Source of the DNA: Tortispora ganteri
Lineage: Eukaryota
NCBI GenBank assembly: GCA_003707115.1
Contig: PPNB01000016.1
Span: forward strand, 1 to 64,000
Direction of reading: 5' to 3'
Length of the DNA stretch: 64,000 nt
The position numbers and the translations under genes are program-made. Numbering within the stretch: the stretch's first letter is position 1; every line of letters begins with the position of its first letter. Below the pieces are notes generated by a model. It had not been told where the DNA came from. It saw only the letters and a list, made by a program, of their open reading frames with translations, and searched no databases. Of the stretch, positions 29,137 through 40,044 are shown in pieces.

Positions 29137-32100
29137 ATGGCCTCTGATTTCCCAATTACCTTTCAAGAGAACTTGCAGCTTACCGACCTCGGAATCCCTC
29201 AAGATGCAATCACTTTCAACTCTTGCACTCTCGAGTCTGACCGATACATTTGCGTTCGAGACAAGAATGACCAAGGCGCCGCTCAGGTCGTAATAATCGA
29301 TCTCCACAATAACAATTCAGTTGTTCGCCGCAATATATCCGCTGACTCCGCAATTATGCATCCGTCAGACCCTATTATTGCTCTTCGCGCCCAAGGTAAG
29401 ACCTTGCAGGTGTTTAACCTCGATACTAAGCAGAAACTTGGCTCCTACACTATGCCCGAGGACGTCGTATTTTGGAAATGGATTGATACAAAATCACTCG
29501 CACTCATTACACAATCTTCAATCTTCCATTGGGATGTCGTCTCAGGTGCCTCTGCTCCTGCCAAATTCACCGATAGGCACCCTAGCTTGGCGGATTCTCA
29601 AATTATCAACTATAGAGTCAACGTCGCTGGAACTTGGTCAGTACTCGTCGGAATTGCCTCAGAGCAAGGTCGAATTGTTGGCCACATGCAACTCTATTCA
29701 AAAGCACGTGGAATTTCTCAAGCTATAGAGGGCCATGCAGCATCCTTCGCTGAATTCCGTATAGACGGTGCTTCATCCGATTCTCATCTCTTCACGTTCG
29801 CAGTCAGAAATGCTACCTCTACTAAGCTTCATATCATCGAAGTTGACCACGAAGAAGGAAACCCTGTTTACCCTAAGAAGCAAGTAGATATTTTTTTCCC
29901 TCCTGAAGCTTCTGGTGACTTCCCGGTTGGCCTCCAGGTATCTAAGCGTTATGGCATTATTTATGTTACCACTAAATATGGTTTTGTTCATCTCTACGAT
30001 ATTGATACCGCTGTGTGCATTTACATGAATCGTATCTCGTCAGATACGATATTCACGACTACTGACTACAGTGCTACTTCCGGAATATTAGGAATTAACA
30101 GGAAAGGCCAGGTGTTGTCCTTCTCTGTCAACGAGGAAACTATCATTCCTTATATTCTCAACAACTTGTCAAACACATCTCTGGCGGTTGCTTTAGCCTC
30201 TAGAGCTGGCCTCCCTGGTGCTGATGACTTATATGTTCAGCAATTCCAGTCCTTGCTCTCTTCTGGAAACTACACCGAAGCCGCAAAAGTGGCTGCAACT
30301 TCGCCTCGTGGAATTTTGAGAACAACTAAGACTATTGAACAGTTGAAGCATCTTGGCGCCCTTCCTGGACAGCCATCTCCCATTATTCAATATTTTAGTT
30401 TTTTGTTGGACAGAGGATCTTTGAACACTTCCGAGAGTTTAGAACTTGCTAAACCTGTTTTGCAGCAGAACAGAAAAGAGCTCTTAGAAAAATGGATCAC
30501 AGAAGATAAGCTTGAAGCATCAGAAGAGCTTGGTGATGTTATCAGACCTTTTGATGTTGCATTGGCGTTAAACGTTTACCTTCGTGCAGGAGCTCATGCT
30601 CGCGTTGTCGCCGCACTTGCTGAGCTGGGACAAGTTGAGAAGATCTTGCCTTACTGTCAAAAAGTTGGATACACTCCTGATTTTGTTGTTCTTTTGAACA
30701 ATCTTGTTCGTATCAATCCCGATAAGGGCGCAGAATTTGCTACTCAAATAGCCCAGCAAGATTCCATTCCTATCGATATTGGCAGAATAGTTGATATTTT
30801 CATGTCGCAAAATATGGTGCCTCAAGCAACAGCTTTTCTCTTAGATGCTCTCAAGGAAAATAAGCCAGAACAGGGAGACTTGCAGACCCGACTTTTAGAG
30901 ATCAATTTGCTCAATGCTCCTCAAGTTGCTGATGCTATCCTTGGCAATAATATGTTCTCTTACTACGACAAGCATGCTATTGCTCAATTGTGTGAAAAAG
31001 CAGGACTGATGCAACGCGCGCTGGAACATTATGAAGACATATCGGATATCAAGAGGGTAGTTGTGCAAACCCAGTCTTTGAATCCTGAATGGCTGATTAA
31101 TTACTTTGGCCGTCTCGATGTTGATCAAGCGTTGACTTGTCTACGAGAAATGTTAAGCTCTAATATTCGCCAGAATCTTCAGGTAGTCATTCAAATCGCT
31201 ACCAAATATTCAGAGCTCCTCGGGTCATTAGCACTGATTTCTCTGTTTGAAGAATTCAAAACTTCTGAAGGCTTGTTTTATTATTTACAGAGCATTATTA
31301 ACTTTTCAGAAGATGCTGATGTTATCTTCAAGTACATTCAAACTGCATCTGAAATTGGGCAGTTTAAGGAAGTAGAAAGAATTGTTCGCGAGAATCACTA
31401 CTACAATCCAGAGAAGGTCAAGAATTATTTAAAGGAAGCCAAACTTCCTGACCAATTGCCATTAATCATACTTTGTGACAAGTACGATTTTGTTCATGAT
31501 TTAGTGCTCTACCTATACAAGAATCAGCAATTCAAGTTTATTGAAGTTTATGTGCAGCGAGTTAATCCTTCTAAGACTCCCGCTGTGGTCGGAGCCTTGT
31601 TGGATGTTGATTGTGATGAGTCCATTATCAAAGCTCTTCTTGATTCTGTACTTGGCCAAGTACCTATTGAGGCACTTGTGTCTGAAGTTGAGTCTCGCAA
31701 CCGCCTTAAATTGTTGTTGCCTTTCTTGGAGAAGACACTCGAATCTGGATCTCAGGAAACAGCTTTATACAATGCCTTAGCTAAGATCTACATTGACAGC
31801 AATAACAATCCAGAAAAGTTCCTCAAGGAGAATATGAACTACGATACTCTAACCGTGGGCAAGTACTGCGAGAAACGTGATCCCTACTTAGCTTTTATTG
31901 CTTATCAAAAAGGCCAGAATGATTTAGAGCTTGTCCACCTAACGAATGAAAACTCTATGTTCAAACACCAGGCTCGCTATTTATTGGCGCGTGCTGAACC
32001 TGAACTCTGGTCTGCGGTACTGACGGAGGATAGCATTTATCGTCAACAATTATTGGAACAAGTTATCTCTACGGCAGTTCCAGAGTCATCGAACCCAGAG

Positions 32101-34152
32101 GATGTCTCTATTGTGGTTAAGGCTCTAATGGCTGCAGACTTGCCTGTTGAGCTTATAGAATTGCTGGAAAAGATTATTCTCGAACCGTCTCCTTTCAATG
32201 ACAACGAGAATCTGCAAAATTTGCTCATTTTGACTGCTATCAAAGCGGACAAGTCTAAGGTCATGAACTTGATTCAAAAGCTGAATGAGTATGATGCTTA
32301 TGATATTGCTCAAATTGCTATTGATAATGAACTATATGAGGAGGCATTTGAAATATATAAAAAGCAGAAGGATTACGTGAAGGCTGTGACCGTTCTTGTT
32401 GACAATATCCTTTCTTTGGACCGAGCTAGCGATTTTGCTGAATCAGTTGACGAACCCGGAGTTTGGAGTCGCTTGGCCAAGGCTCAACTTGAAGGGCTTC
32501 GTATTAATGATGCCATTGAAAGTTATATTAGAGCCAATGATCCTTCTGACTATCATGATGTGATTGAAATTGCTTCTCATGCTGGTAAAGATGAAGAGCT
32601 TATTAAATTTCTCATTATGGCGCGTAAAACTTTGCGTGAGCCGGAAGTTGATGGTGCTCTGATTCTTGCCTATGCACATACCGATAATTTACCTCAGATC
32701 GAGAACATCTTGGAAGGAGCGAACACCGCTGATGTTGATGCAGTTGGTGACAAACTATTTCAAGAAGAACACTATGCTGCAGCGAAACTGCTGTATAACA
32801 GCATCTCAAACTGGGCCAAACTTGCTTCTACCAATGTATATCTGGGAAATTACTCAGAAGCTGTTGACTGTGCTCGTAAGGCTAGCAATATAAAGGTCTG
32901 GAAAGAGGTTAACTCGGTTTGTGTGGATAAGAAAGAATTCCGCTTGGCGCAAATATGTGGTCTACATTTGATTGTTGATGCCGAAGAGTTGCAAACCCTT
33001 TTGAAACAATATGAATCGTTAGGCTATTTCGATGAATCTATTAGCTTACTTGAGCAAGGACTTGGCCTTGAGCGTGCCCATATGGGTATGTTTACAGAAT
33101 TAGCCATCTTGTATGCCAAGTATCAACCAGAAAGATTGATGGAACACTTGAAACTTTTCTGGTCTCGGATTAATATTCCTAAAGTTCTGCGTGCTTGTGA
33201 ACAAGCTCATTTATGGCCTGAACTGGTATTTTTGTATTGCCATTATGATGAATGGGATAATGCCAGCTTGGTAACAATGGAACGCGCTGCTGATGCGTTT
33301 GAGCATAACTCTTTCAAGGAGATGATTGTGAAGGTAGCTAATCTGGAGATATACTACAAAGCTATTAATTTTTACCTGGAACAGCACCCTACTCTTTTGA
33401 TTGATCTCCTCACGGTCCTTACTCCACGTATTGATGGATCTAGAGTGGTAAAGATGTTTGAACGTTCCGATAACATTCCTCTCATCAAACCATTCTTAGT
33501 ATCAATTCTGGAGCAAAACAACCGTGTGGTTAATGATGCTTACTGCAATTTGTTGATTGAAGAGAAAGATTACAAAAGCCTCAGAGTTACTGTGGATAGT
33601 TACGATAATATTGATACATTGGCTCTTGCTAAAAAACTGGAGAAGCACGATCTTATATTCTTCAGACAGATTGCTGCCCATCTTTATAAGAAGGCCAAGA
33701 AATGGAACCAGTCGATTAGTTTGAGCAAAGAGGATAAACTCTTTAAGGATGCTATTGACACTGCTGCTGCTAGTGGCAATTCAGATGTCATAGACGAGCT
33801 TTTGCAATACTTTGTGGATACAGGTAATCACGAATGCTATGCAGCTATTCTGTACACTTGCTACGATTACATTAAACCTGATCTTATTCAAGAGCTTAAT
33901 TGGCGTCATGGTTTGCAGGATTTTACCATGCCTTACTTGATCAATCTCACCAAGGAGACTAGCGACAGGCTGTCATCGTTAGAGAAGGAAAACGAAGCGC
34001 TGAAGAGTAAAATCAAAGGCGGAGCTTCTGTTGATGAAGACGGACCTATCATTGGACCTGGATCACATTTGCTTCTTACCCAAGGCACTGGTGTGGGATA
34101 TGCTAATGGAATGGCTTCTCAAGGAACAGGAGTTCCCTGGCCTAGTTCTTAA
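29137..34152 (+). CDS. CHC1: Clathrin heavy chain
   Basis: TLESDRYICVR, SADSAIMHP, SQAIEGHAASF, GLERAHMGMFTELAILY, HLKLFWSRINIPK; about 1670 aa. ATG at 29137. Confidence 0.99.
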   Translation: MASDFPITFQENLQLTDLGIPQDAITFNSCTLESDRYICVRDKNDQGAAQVVIIDLHNNNSVVRRNISADSAIMHPSDPIIALRAQGKTLQVFNLDTKQKLGSYTMPEDVVFWKWIDTKSLALITQSSIFHWDVVSGASAPAKFTDRHPSLADSQIINYRVNVAGTWSVLVGIASEQGRIVGHMQLYSKARGISQAIEGHAASFAEFRIDGASSDSHLFTFAVRNATSTKLHIIEVDHEEGNPVYPKKQVDIFFPPEASGDFPVGLQVSKRYGIIYVTTKYGFVHLYDIDTAVCIYMNRISSDTIFTTTDYSATSGILGINRKGQVLSFSVNEETIIPYILNNLSNTSLAVALASRAGLPGADDLYVQQFQSLLSSGNYTEAAKVAATSPRGILRTTKTIEQLKHLGALPGQPSPIIQYFSFLLDRGSLNTSESLELAKPVLQQNRKELLEKWITEDKLEASEELGDVIRPFDVALALNVYLRAGAHARVVAALAELGQVEKILPYCQKVGYTPDFVVLLNNLVRINPDKGAEFATQIAQQDSIPIDIGRIVDIFMSQNMVPQATAFLLDALKENKPEQGDLQTRLLEINLLNAPQVADAILGNNMFSYYDKHAIAQLCEKAGLMQRALEHYEDISDIKRVVVQTQSLNPEWLINYFGRLDVDQALTCLREMLSSNIRQNLQVVIQIATKYSELLGSLALISLFEEFKTSEGLFYYLQSIINFSEDADVIFKYIQTASEIGQFKEVERIVRENHYYNPEKVKNYLKEAKLPDQLPLIILCDKYDFVHDLVLYLYKNQQFKFIEVYVQRVNPSKTPAVVGALLDVDCDESIIKALLDSVLGQVPIEALVSEVESRNRLKLLLPFLEKTLESGSQETALYNALAKIYIDSNNNPEKFLKENMNYDTLTVGKYCEKRDPYLAFIAYQKGQNDLELVHLTNENSMFKHQARYLLARAEPELWSAVLTEDSIYRQQLLEQVISTAVPESSNPEDVSIVVKALMAADLPVELIELLEKIILEPSPFNDNENLQNLLILTAIKADKSKVMNLIQKLNEYDAYDIAQIAIDNELYEEAFEIYKKQKDYVKAVTVLVDNILSLDRASDFAESVDEPGVWSRLAKAQLEGLRINDAIESYIRANDPSDYHDVIEIASHAGKDEELIKFLIMARKTLREPEVDGALILAYAHTDNLPQIENILEGANTADVDAVGDKLFQEEHYAAAKLLYNSISNWAKLASTNVYLGNYSEAVDCARKASNIKVWKEVNSVCVDKKEFRLAQICGLHLIVDAEELQTLLKQYESLGYFDESISLLEQGLGLERAHMGMFTELAILYAKYQPERLMEHLKLFWSRINIPKVLRACEQAHLWPELVFLYCHYDEWDNASLVTMERAADAFEHNSFKEMIVKVANLEIYYKAINFYLEQHPTLLIDLLTVLTPRIDGSRVVKMFERSDNIPLIKPFLVSILEQNNRVVNDAYCNLLIEEKDYKSLRVTVDSYDNIDTLALAKKLEKHDLIFFRQIAAHLYKKAKKWNQSISLSKEDKLFKDAIDTAAASGNSDVIDELLQYFVDTGNHECYAAILYTCYDYIKPDLIQELNWRHGLQDFTMPYLINLTKETSDRLSSLEKENEALKSKIKGGASVDEDGPIIGPGSHLLLTQGTGVGYANGMASQGTGVPWPSS

Positions 34153-34361
34153 TGTGTAATTGCTTGTATTTGAATTAGTTATATATTATTATTCTTTTAT
34201 TTCCAGCATAAACCAATTAGAGACGTTTTTGATAACAGGCTGTTACTGATAAAGTAATATTTAACCATTAGATTCATTAAATATGTGCGCAAATGAGTTC
34301 GCTTTAGAGGTTATGATATAGCAAGAATGAGGACTAATGCAAATTTCTCTGACAATGCATT

Positions 34362-36317
34362 TCACGTTTCAGTTGTATTTAGTCTGTCCAAAACGAAGTC
34401 CACCATATTAACATCAATATCTGCATAATGCACAAGCCAAGCGTGTTCTAAAAGTTGCGAGTAAGAGGGTCGTAAGTTACTGTTTTTCTTTAAACAGAGA
34501 GCACAGAAATCCACCGCCTCTTTTGAGAATCGGTCTGCAGGAAGTTCAGGAGAATCGTCGCGGACGATTGCAGTCAGTTGAGCAAATATGCTGCTGGTAA
34601 CTTCAGGGAGATATGGATACTTACCAATAGCAGCTTCCAGCAGAGTTAATCCCAAAGACCAAACATCTGCTTGGACATTGTAAGAAGAAATGCAGGAAGA
34701 ACCATCGGCATTGTTACCTGTAAAAATTCGCTCAGGAGCCATATAGGGCTGACATCCGATGTTCGTTCTGGCTAGAGAGGCTACCAGTTTCTTTGACACG
34801 CCAAAATCACATAACTTGATTTCTCCTGTGGTAGACAAGAGAATATTAGTAGGCTTTATATCTCTATGCATGACATTATGTTCCTTTTTGAGATATCTCA
34901 AACCTTTCACAACTGCTAATGCTATTTTAGCTAGATAGGGTTCATCAATACCGTTGTGGTAGAGGCTTGCTAGTGATCCTGCGTCCATGTACTCCATGCA
35001 GATATAAACACCACCTTCAATGAAAAATGCACCAAAAAATTGTACGATATTAGGTGAATGACACCTGTTCAAAATTTCCAACTCATTGACAATAGCCTCC
35101 AGTCTATTTTTATCCAACTCAAGTCTTATTTCTTTCAAGGCCATATTAACTTTTGTTGGTTTGTGTAGCACTTTAAAGACAGTTCCGTAGTTTCCAGAAC
35201 CCAGAACTTCTCGTTCTTCAAAATCCTCTGCCGATATCCTGAAGGATGATCCACCGGAAAAATCGACGCCGGCAGAATGAACAACGGCATGGCCGTCAAA
35301 ATTGAGGTGGCCTTTTTGGAGATCAAAGTATTGTGCAAACTCAGCAAAATGGTTCTCGACTTTCATTCGGGGATGTTGTTTAGGTCTTTTATCAACAGAC
35401 GAGGCTTCTGCAGGACTAGCAAGATTTGTCGATGTTGTTGAATTGAGACTGGCGTTCAACGTACGCCGAGCGAGCGCAGCTGAACTTTCAGTGGTGATAC
35501 TAGGTTGAAAGACCGAATGCGAAGTAAGATTTTGCAATTCACTAGCGTCGGCCTTTGGAGTGCTGTTATCGTCAATAGGCGATACATCATCAGAATTGAG
35601 ACCACTTTGTAAATGTGGGGTGAGCGATTCTGTACCTGAGCTCTGCGGGGAGGATAAAACAAAAGAGTCAGGCGTGCCGATAGAATGAGAACTTTGACCA
35701 TCCGCTGACAAGTCTAGTTGACTAGACAGGGAGCACTGCGATGTATATCGCATGTTAAGTTGGGATGTTGACGGCTGGTCATCATCATGGTTGTCGAACA
35801 CAGACATCGGTCCAAGGTTGAGGCCACGCCTAGAAGCAAGGGATGGTTTCCGCTGATCGAAGCTTGTAGTACTGGTAGAAGGTGCAGCTACACAAGGCGA
35901 CCGCGATTTACTTCTAGAGGTGAGCTTTTCCAGAAAATCTTTATTACCCAAACTTCGGCCGCGTGGGCGTGGGAAGGGAGGGAGTTGTTTTGCAGATGCC
36001 GCCTGGCGTTTTTGCTGAAATGCCTGAACCTTTGCTTGAACGTCTGGCGATATAGTGATGCCGTTCATGATTCTGGAAAGATCATCATCTTTTAGGTACT
36101 GATCATCGTTATTTGACGACTGGGAGAGCCATGAAACGTTGGCTTGTTCAGAATGACGAGATGCAGGAGATCGAGGTAGTTGGTAGACAGAATCGGAACC
36201 GGAAGTCGTGGATGAACTGGGAGACTGTACTGACGATTGAAAGCCAAAAGATGGGGGTGATTCTTTCCGACGAGTAAGAGGATGAGAGAGCCCTGTAGTG
36301 TCAGTACGATCTGACAT
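34362..36317 (-). CDS. PBS2: HOG-pathway MAP kinase kinase Pbs2/Wis1
   Basis: LGSGNYGTV, MALKEIRLELD, HRDIKPTN, DFGVSKKLVASLARTNIGCQPYMAPERI; N-terminal KQLPPFP (candidate Sho1-SH3 ligand) and SLASRRGLNL. ATG at 36317. Confidence 0.93.
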   Translation of the reverse strand: MSDRTDTTGLSHPLTRRKESPPSFGFQSSVQSPSSSTTSGSDSVYQLPRSPASRHSEQANVSWLSQSSNNDDQYLKDDDLSRIMNGITISPDVQAKVQAFQQKRQAASAKQLPPFPRPRGRSLGNKDFLEKLTSRSKSRSPCVAAPSTSTTSFDQRKPSLASRRGLNLGPMSVFDNHDDDQPSTSQLNMRYTSQCSLSSQLDLSADGQSSHSIGTPDSFVLSSPQSSGTESLTPHLQSGLNSDDVSPIDDNSTPKADASELQNLTSHSVFQPSITTESSAALARRTLNASLNSTTSTNLASPAEASSVDKRPKQHPRMKVENHFAEFAQYFDLQKGHLNFDGHAVVHSAGVDFSGGSSFRISAEDFEEREVLGSGNYGTVFKVLHKPTKVNMALKEIRLELDKNRLEAIVNELEILNRCHSPNIVQFFGAFFIEGGVYICMEYMDAGSLASLYHNGIDEPYLAKIALAVVKGLRYLKKEHNVMHRDIKPTNILLSTTGEIKLCDFGVSKKLVASLARTNIGCQPYMAPERIFTGNNADGSSCISSYNVQADVWSLGLTLLEAAIGKYPYLPEVTSSIFAQLTAIVRDDSPELPADRFSKEAVDFCALCLKKNSNLRPSYSQLLEHAWLVHYADIDVNMVDFVLDRLNTTET

Positions 36318-36459
36318 CTTGGACTGCAGGTTAGCAGAAATCACTGCGTGCGTATAAACCGCAAAGTAGAATACAAAGAGAAGAGATTTTGAGAGGCGAT
36401 AGAGACTCAGAAATTGCCGATAAGAAAGCGATTATGAGGAGATTGTTAGGATGATAGGG

Positions 36460-36519
36460 AGAAGGAGCGAAAAGTCTAAGAAGGAGCGAAGTCTTAGAAA
36501 GAGCGAGGTCTTTGAAGGA
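36460..36519. repeat. Three degenerate 17-19-nt direct repeats (AGAAGGAGCGAAGTCTT-like) upstream of PBS2
   Basis: Units start at 36460, 36479 and 36496. Confidence 0.75.
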
Positions 36520-37018
36520 ATGGGGAAATAATTAATTTAGAGGAATCAGGAGAGGTCGGAAAGTGGGGTGGGGTGGGGGGAAGGGGAGGTTTTCTGGGCG
36601 GTGGTAGTAAAGGGGGGTGGTAGTAGAAGGGAAAGTAATTGGTGACAGAAAGTAAAAAATAGGCGGTGGATGGGATAAAGGAGAGAGAGAGGGTGATATC
36701 TGTTCAATAATAATTCGATATATCTCGCCTTTATTTTCTTATAGGTCAATATCTGAGGTGATTGTCCTTATCAAAAATAGAGACAAAAGTACGAGTTAAT
36801 TGGACAATTAATTGGAGCTCGAATGAACGCTTGATTTGCCTAATATGATCGGAGGCAGCCGGGGGGAAGGGTTGTCTCCAAAAAGAGTAGTCAGTTTCCC
36901 TAATTAAGATTAGGTTAGGGGAAAGGGGTTGGAACTTTTAATACGAGAGTTAATATCACGGTTCAATAAAAAAACACACTGAAATATTGTATATATTATA
37001 TTCATTACCTTTAACTTC

Positions 37019-39553
37019 CTAAAAGAGGGGAATTTCGATATGAAAGAATGGTGTGTCTGACGATACTACTGGACCAACAAATTGGGCACTTTCTATGTCA
37101 TAGTCCTGTCCTTCAATTTCGATTGGTTCATTCTCACCGTTAGCAGCCACATTTGATGTTCCCTTTACCTTTCCGACTATCAAGTCAAACAATGAGCCGA
37201 GCGGCGATACTGGAATTGGTTTCGGTTCACTAATCGCTCTGTGCCAATCTTTAGGTATAGCTTGTACTTTTCCAATCATCTGCGTAATGTGTCGCGGAAC
37301 GCCTCGACCGAATCCAGCGGCGATTAGCGATCTCCTTATCCATGGCGATACAATGCCCGCAAAATGCATCTCAATTTCTGTGCCACTGTACCTATCCAGT
37401 TGGTTCTGAGTATCGATAAGAGACTGAACACCAGTTGAATCGATTGTCGCCACTCCTGAGAAGTCTAGGATCAATGCTCGCAATTGAGGCCTTGTATCCT
37501 TACTCTCCTCAGCAGGCACAGTCTTTCTCGGCCCATGATCGTTCCAAGGCCTATCACCAAGTGTCTTGTAAAGAGTCTTTGTTCCAGGACGGAACTTCTT
37601 TCTCACTTCATCCATGATAATGTCGTTGAGACGAGATGCATTGGGATAAGTAAGTCCTTCGTTTAGACGGTATATTAGAATGCCTTCTGGTGGCTCTTCC
37701 ACATTGATATCGGGATTCAACATTTTATGAGACAATGGAACATATGTAGTTCTCTCCTGAACAACATACGCTTGGTTCTCCTTCTGGTCTTCCCACGTTG
37801 ATCCATAGTCTTGCTTGACCTCCACATTCTCGACAGCATTATCTTCAGACGCGGCGGTGGAACCAGAGTTGACGGAATCAGCACTATCCGAGTAATCTGA
37901 TGCCTTTTCAACTATATTTTCTGCGGCGTTGCGAGGGGAATATCTCACTTCTGTAAGCTTGACTGTGCCGAGGAACTCGCCGGATGGCTTTGCCACTCGG
38001 AATAGCAAAACTGCTGCACTGCACGCAATTGCAAAGTAGATACCAGTCTCAATAGTGGTAAAGACGGTAAGGAAGACACAAACGACGAAAATTATTGCAT
38101 CTGTTGGAGATACTCTGTAAAAATGCAATAATTGTTGTGGTGGAGCAATAAGGTCAGCCACAGCATGGATGATAATCGCAGACAATGCAGCCTTCGGAAT
38201 CCAATAGAAGACAGTGGTCAAAGCATAAAGACCTAGAAGAACGACAAGACCAGTGAATATACCGGCTAGAGGTGTGCGCACTCCGCACTTGGACTTGAGA
38301 GCCGAACGAGAGAACGAACCAGTTGCGGGATATGCATTGAAGAACACACCTATAAGATTGGTAACTCCAATGGCTATCAGCTCTTGGTCAGGAACAATTT
38401 TGTAGTTGTTAATACGGCCAAAAGACTTTGCAATGGCAATGTGCTCCAAAAGCAAAACGATAGTACTGACCGGCAGGTCTGGTACAATTGCATCAATGAG
38501 GCTTTTGCTAATTTTTGGTACACCTACTTCTTGCAAGCCATAGGGAACGTCCAAGATGAGTGACAGAGGGTACTTCGGAGTAGTACCAGTATTCTTGGAG
38601 TCCCAATACTCATGTCGGCAGGTTAGGTAGGCGAATAAAGTGGCGAAAACGATAACAATTGCTATACGCATCACCGAGAGGTAGAAGAAAAGCCTGCCAT
38701 ACTTCTTTGAATGACGTTCACCATATGAGGCAATATATTTGAGTAGATAAAGCGCAAACAGCGACACAAGACCCCAAGCGGCATTCAAGTTTGAGTGTCC
38801 AAGGTTCTTGATCGTGTCAATGACAACACGATACGCGCTTGCTCGCGTGTTGAATAACTTGTTTATGCCGAAGAGCTGCGGCACTTGTCCTGTGAGAATT
38901 GTGAAAGCCGAACCAGACATGAAACCGGCAACAGCCGGAAGCGAAATGAACTCCACAATGAAACCAATTCGGATAAATCCAATACCGGCAGTTATTGCTC
39001 CACAAAGCAGTGCAAGCGCTGTCGCAATCTGTGGACCTGTGAATTCTCCAGGATACTCGTTCTCCACGCGGGTGATAACTCGACTGACCTGCAAAGACAT
39101 CACTGCTACTGGCCCGATTGTGACATCCTTCGATGTAGCAAAAAAGCAGTATATCATGACACCAACAAAAGAAGAATACAATCCATACTCAGCTGGTAGC
39201 AGAGCGATTTGTGCGTAACTCATGGCTTGAGGCACAACCACACAACCGACTGATATACCTGCAATCAGGTCTCCAATGAGCCACTGTGTGTTGTACCTGT
39301 ATATCCACTGGAAAATCGGAAACAACAAGGAGACATAGTTTCCGATGCGCCGCAGAGGGTGATTAAAATGTTCGTATACATAATCATCAGCTCCTACCAC
39401 TGGCGCCACAAAGTCCCTGTATTCAGTTTCATCGCCGTACAACGTGTTGAAATTAACGGCAGTCGTCGGATCTGCTCTGTACTGATTCCGGTCCCATCGA
39501 AATGCTTGCCGCGTTGCATCCCATTTGGCTTGTAGCTTTTGCTTTACAGTCAT
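37019..39553 (-). CDS. SUL2: Sulfate permease (SulP/SLC26 with STAS domain)
   Basis: GDLIAGISVGCVVVPQAMSYA, YGLYSSFVG, ATSKDVTIGPVAVMS, ATGSFSRSALKSKCGVRTP, ILDFSGVATIDSTGVQ. SUL1 and SUL2 cannot be told apart. Confidence 0.93.
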   Translation of the reverse strand: MTVKQKLQAKWDATRQAFRWDRNQYRADPTTAVNFNTLYGDETEYRDFVAPVVGADDYVYEHFNHPLRRIGNYVSLLFPIFQWIYRYNTQWLIGDLIAGISVGCVVVPQAMSYAQIALLPAEYGLYSSFVGVMIYCFFATSKDVTIGPVAVMSLQVSRVITRVENEYPGEFTGPQIATALALLCGAITAGIGFIRIGFIVEFISLPAVAGFMSGSAFTILTGQVPQLFGINKLFNTRASAYRVVIDTIKNLGHSNLNAAWGLVSLFALYLLKYIASYGERHSKKYGRLFFYLSVMRIAIVIVFATLFAYLTCRHEYWDSKNTGTTPKYPLSLILDVPYGLQEVGVPKISKSLIDAIVPDLPVSTIVLLLEHIAIAKSFGRINNYKIVPDQELIAIGVTNLIGVFFNAYPATGSFSRSALKSKCGVRTPLAGIFTGLVVLLGLYALTTVFYWIPKAALSAIIIHAVADLIAPPQQLLHFYRVSPTDAIIFVVCVFLTVFTTIETGIYFAIACSAAVLLFRVAKPSGEFLGTVKLTEVRYSPRNAAENIVEKASDYSDSADSVNSGSTAASEDNAVENVEVKQDYGSTWEDQKENQAYVVQERTTYVPLSHKMLNPDINVEEPPEGILIYRLNEGLTYPNASRLNDIIMDEVRKKFRPGTKTLYKTLGDRPWNDHGPRKTVPAEESKDTRPQLRALILDFSGVATIDSTGVQSLIDTQNQLDRYSGTEIEMHFAGIVSPWIRRSLIAAGFGRGVPRHITQMIGKVQAIPKDWHRAISEPKPIPVSPLGSLFDLIVGKVKGTSNVAANGENEPIEIEGQDYDIESAQFVGPVVSSDTPFFHIEIPLF

Positions 39554-39741
39554 GGCGCTCTGAATAAGTTGTTACTGATGCAGAAGTGGAGGCAAATATG
39601 CGGAATACCTTTTTATATGTACTGTTGAGCACGAAAGAGGGGATGAAGTCAGAAGTAGCGGTTGAGTTGCCATAAAACGCATTTTTTGCGATTTTATCAT
39701 ATGTGCCGATCTTTCTTTCCATAAACGCAATCGAAGCGATA

Positions 39742-39750
39742 GTCACGTGA
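39742..39750. promoter_or_regulatory. Cbf1-type E-box (GTCACGTGA) about 190 bp upstream of the sulfate permease
   Basis: Exact RTCACGTG match. Cbf1 boxes are characteristic of yeast sulfur-assimilation promoters. Confidence 0.6.
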
Positions 39751-40044
39751 TTATGTATCAATGATTGCGAATACTCGGCATAACCTTATTAAAGGACTAA
39801 TGAGTAGTTATGATTGGTGAAAGGGCTTATTCTAGTAAGAGACGGACCTGGAGTGCGGCTATTAAAGTTATAGTTTGATAATTCTTGTAAGGTTGTGAGC
39901 TGTTGTGAGCTGTTGGATGAAGCATATCTCAGCGGTTATAGCTATTGCGTAGATCGTTATTTCTTATTATATAATTTGAATTTATTGCGATTGTGTACAA
40001 AGAGAGACGACATATTGCAAAAAAAAAGAGAAAAAGCTTTAGGG

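Noticed and set aside
193..34152. SCY1 and CHC1 (both clathrin-related) as a functional cluster
   Set aside because: They are 27 kb apart with many unrelated genes between; ordinary eukaryotic gene order.
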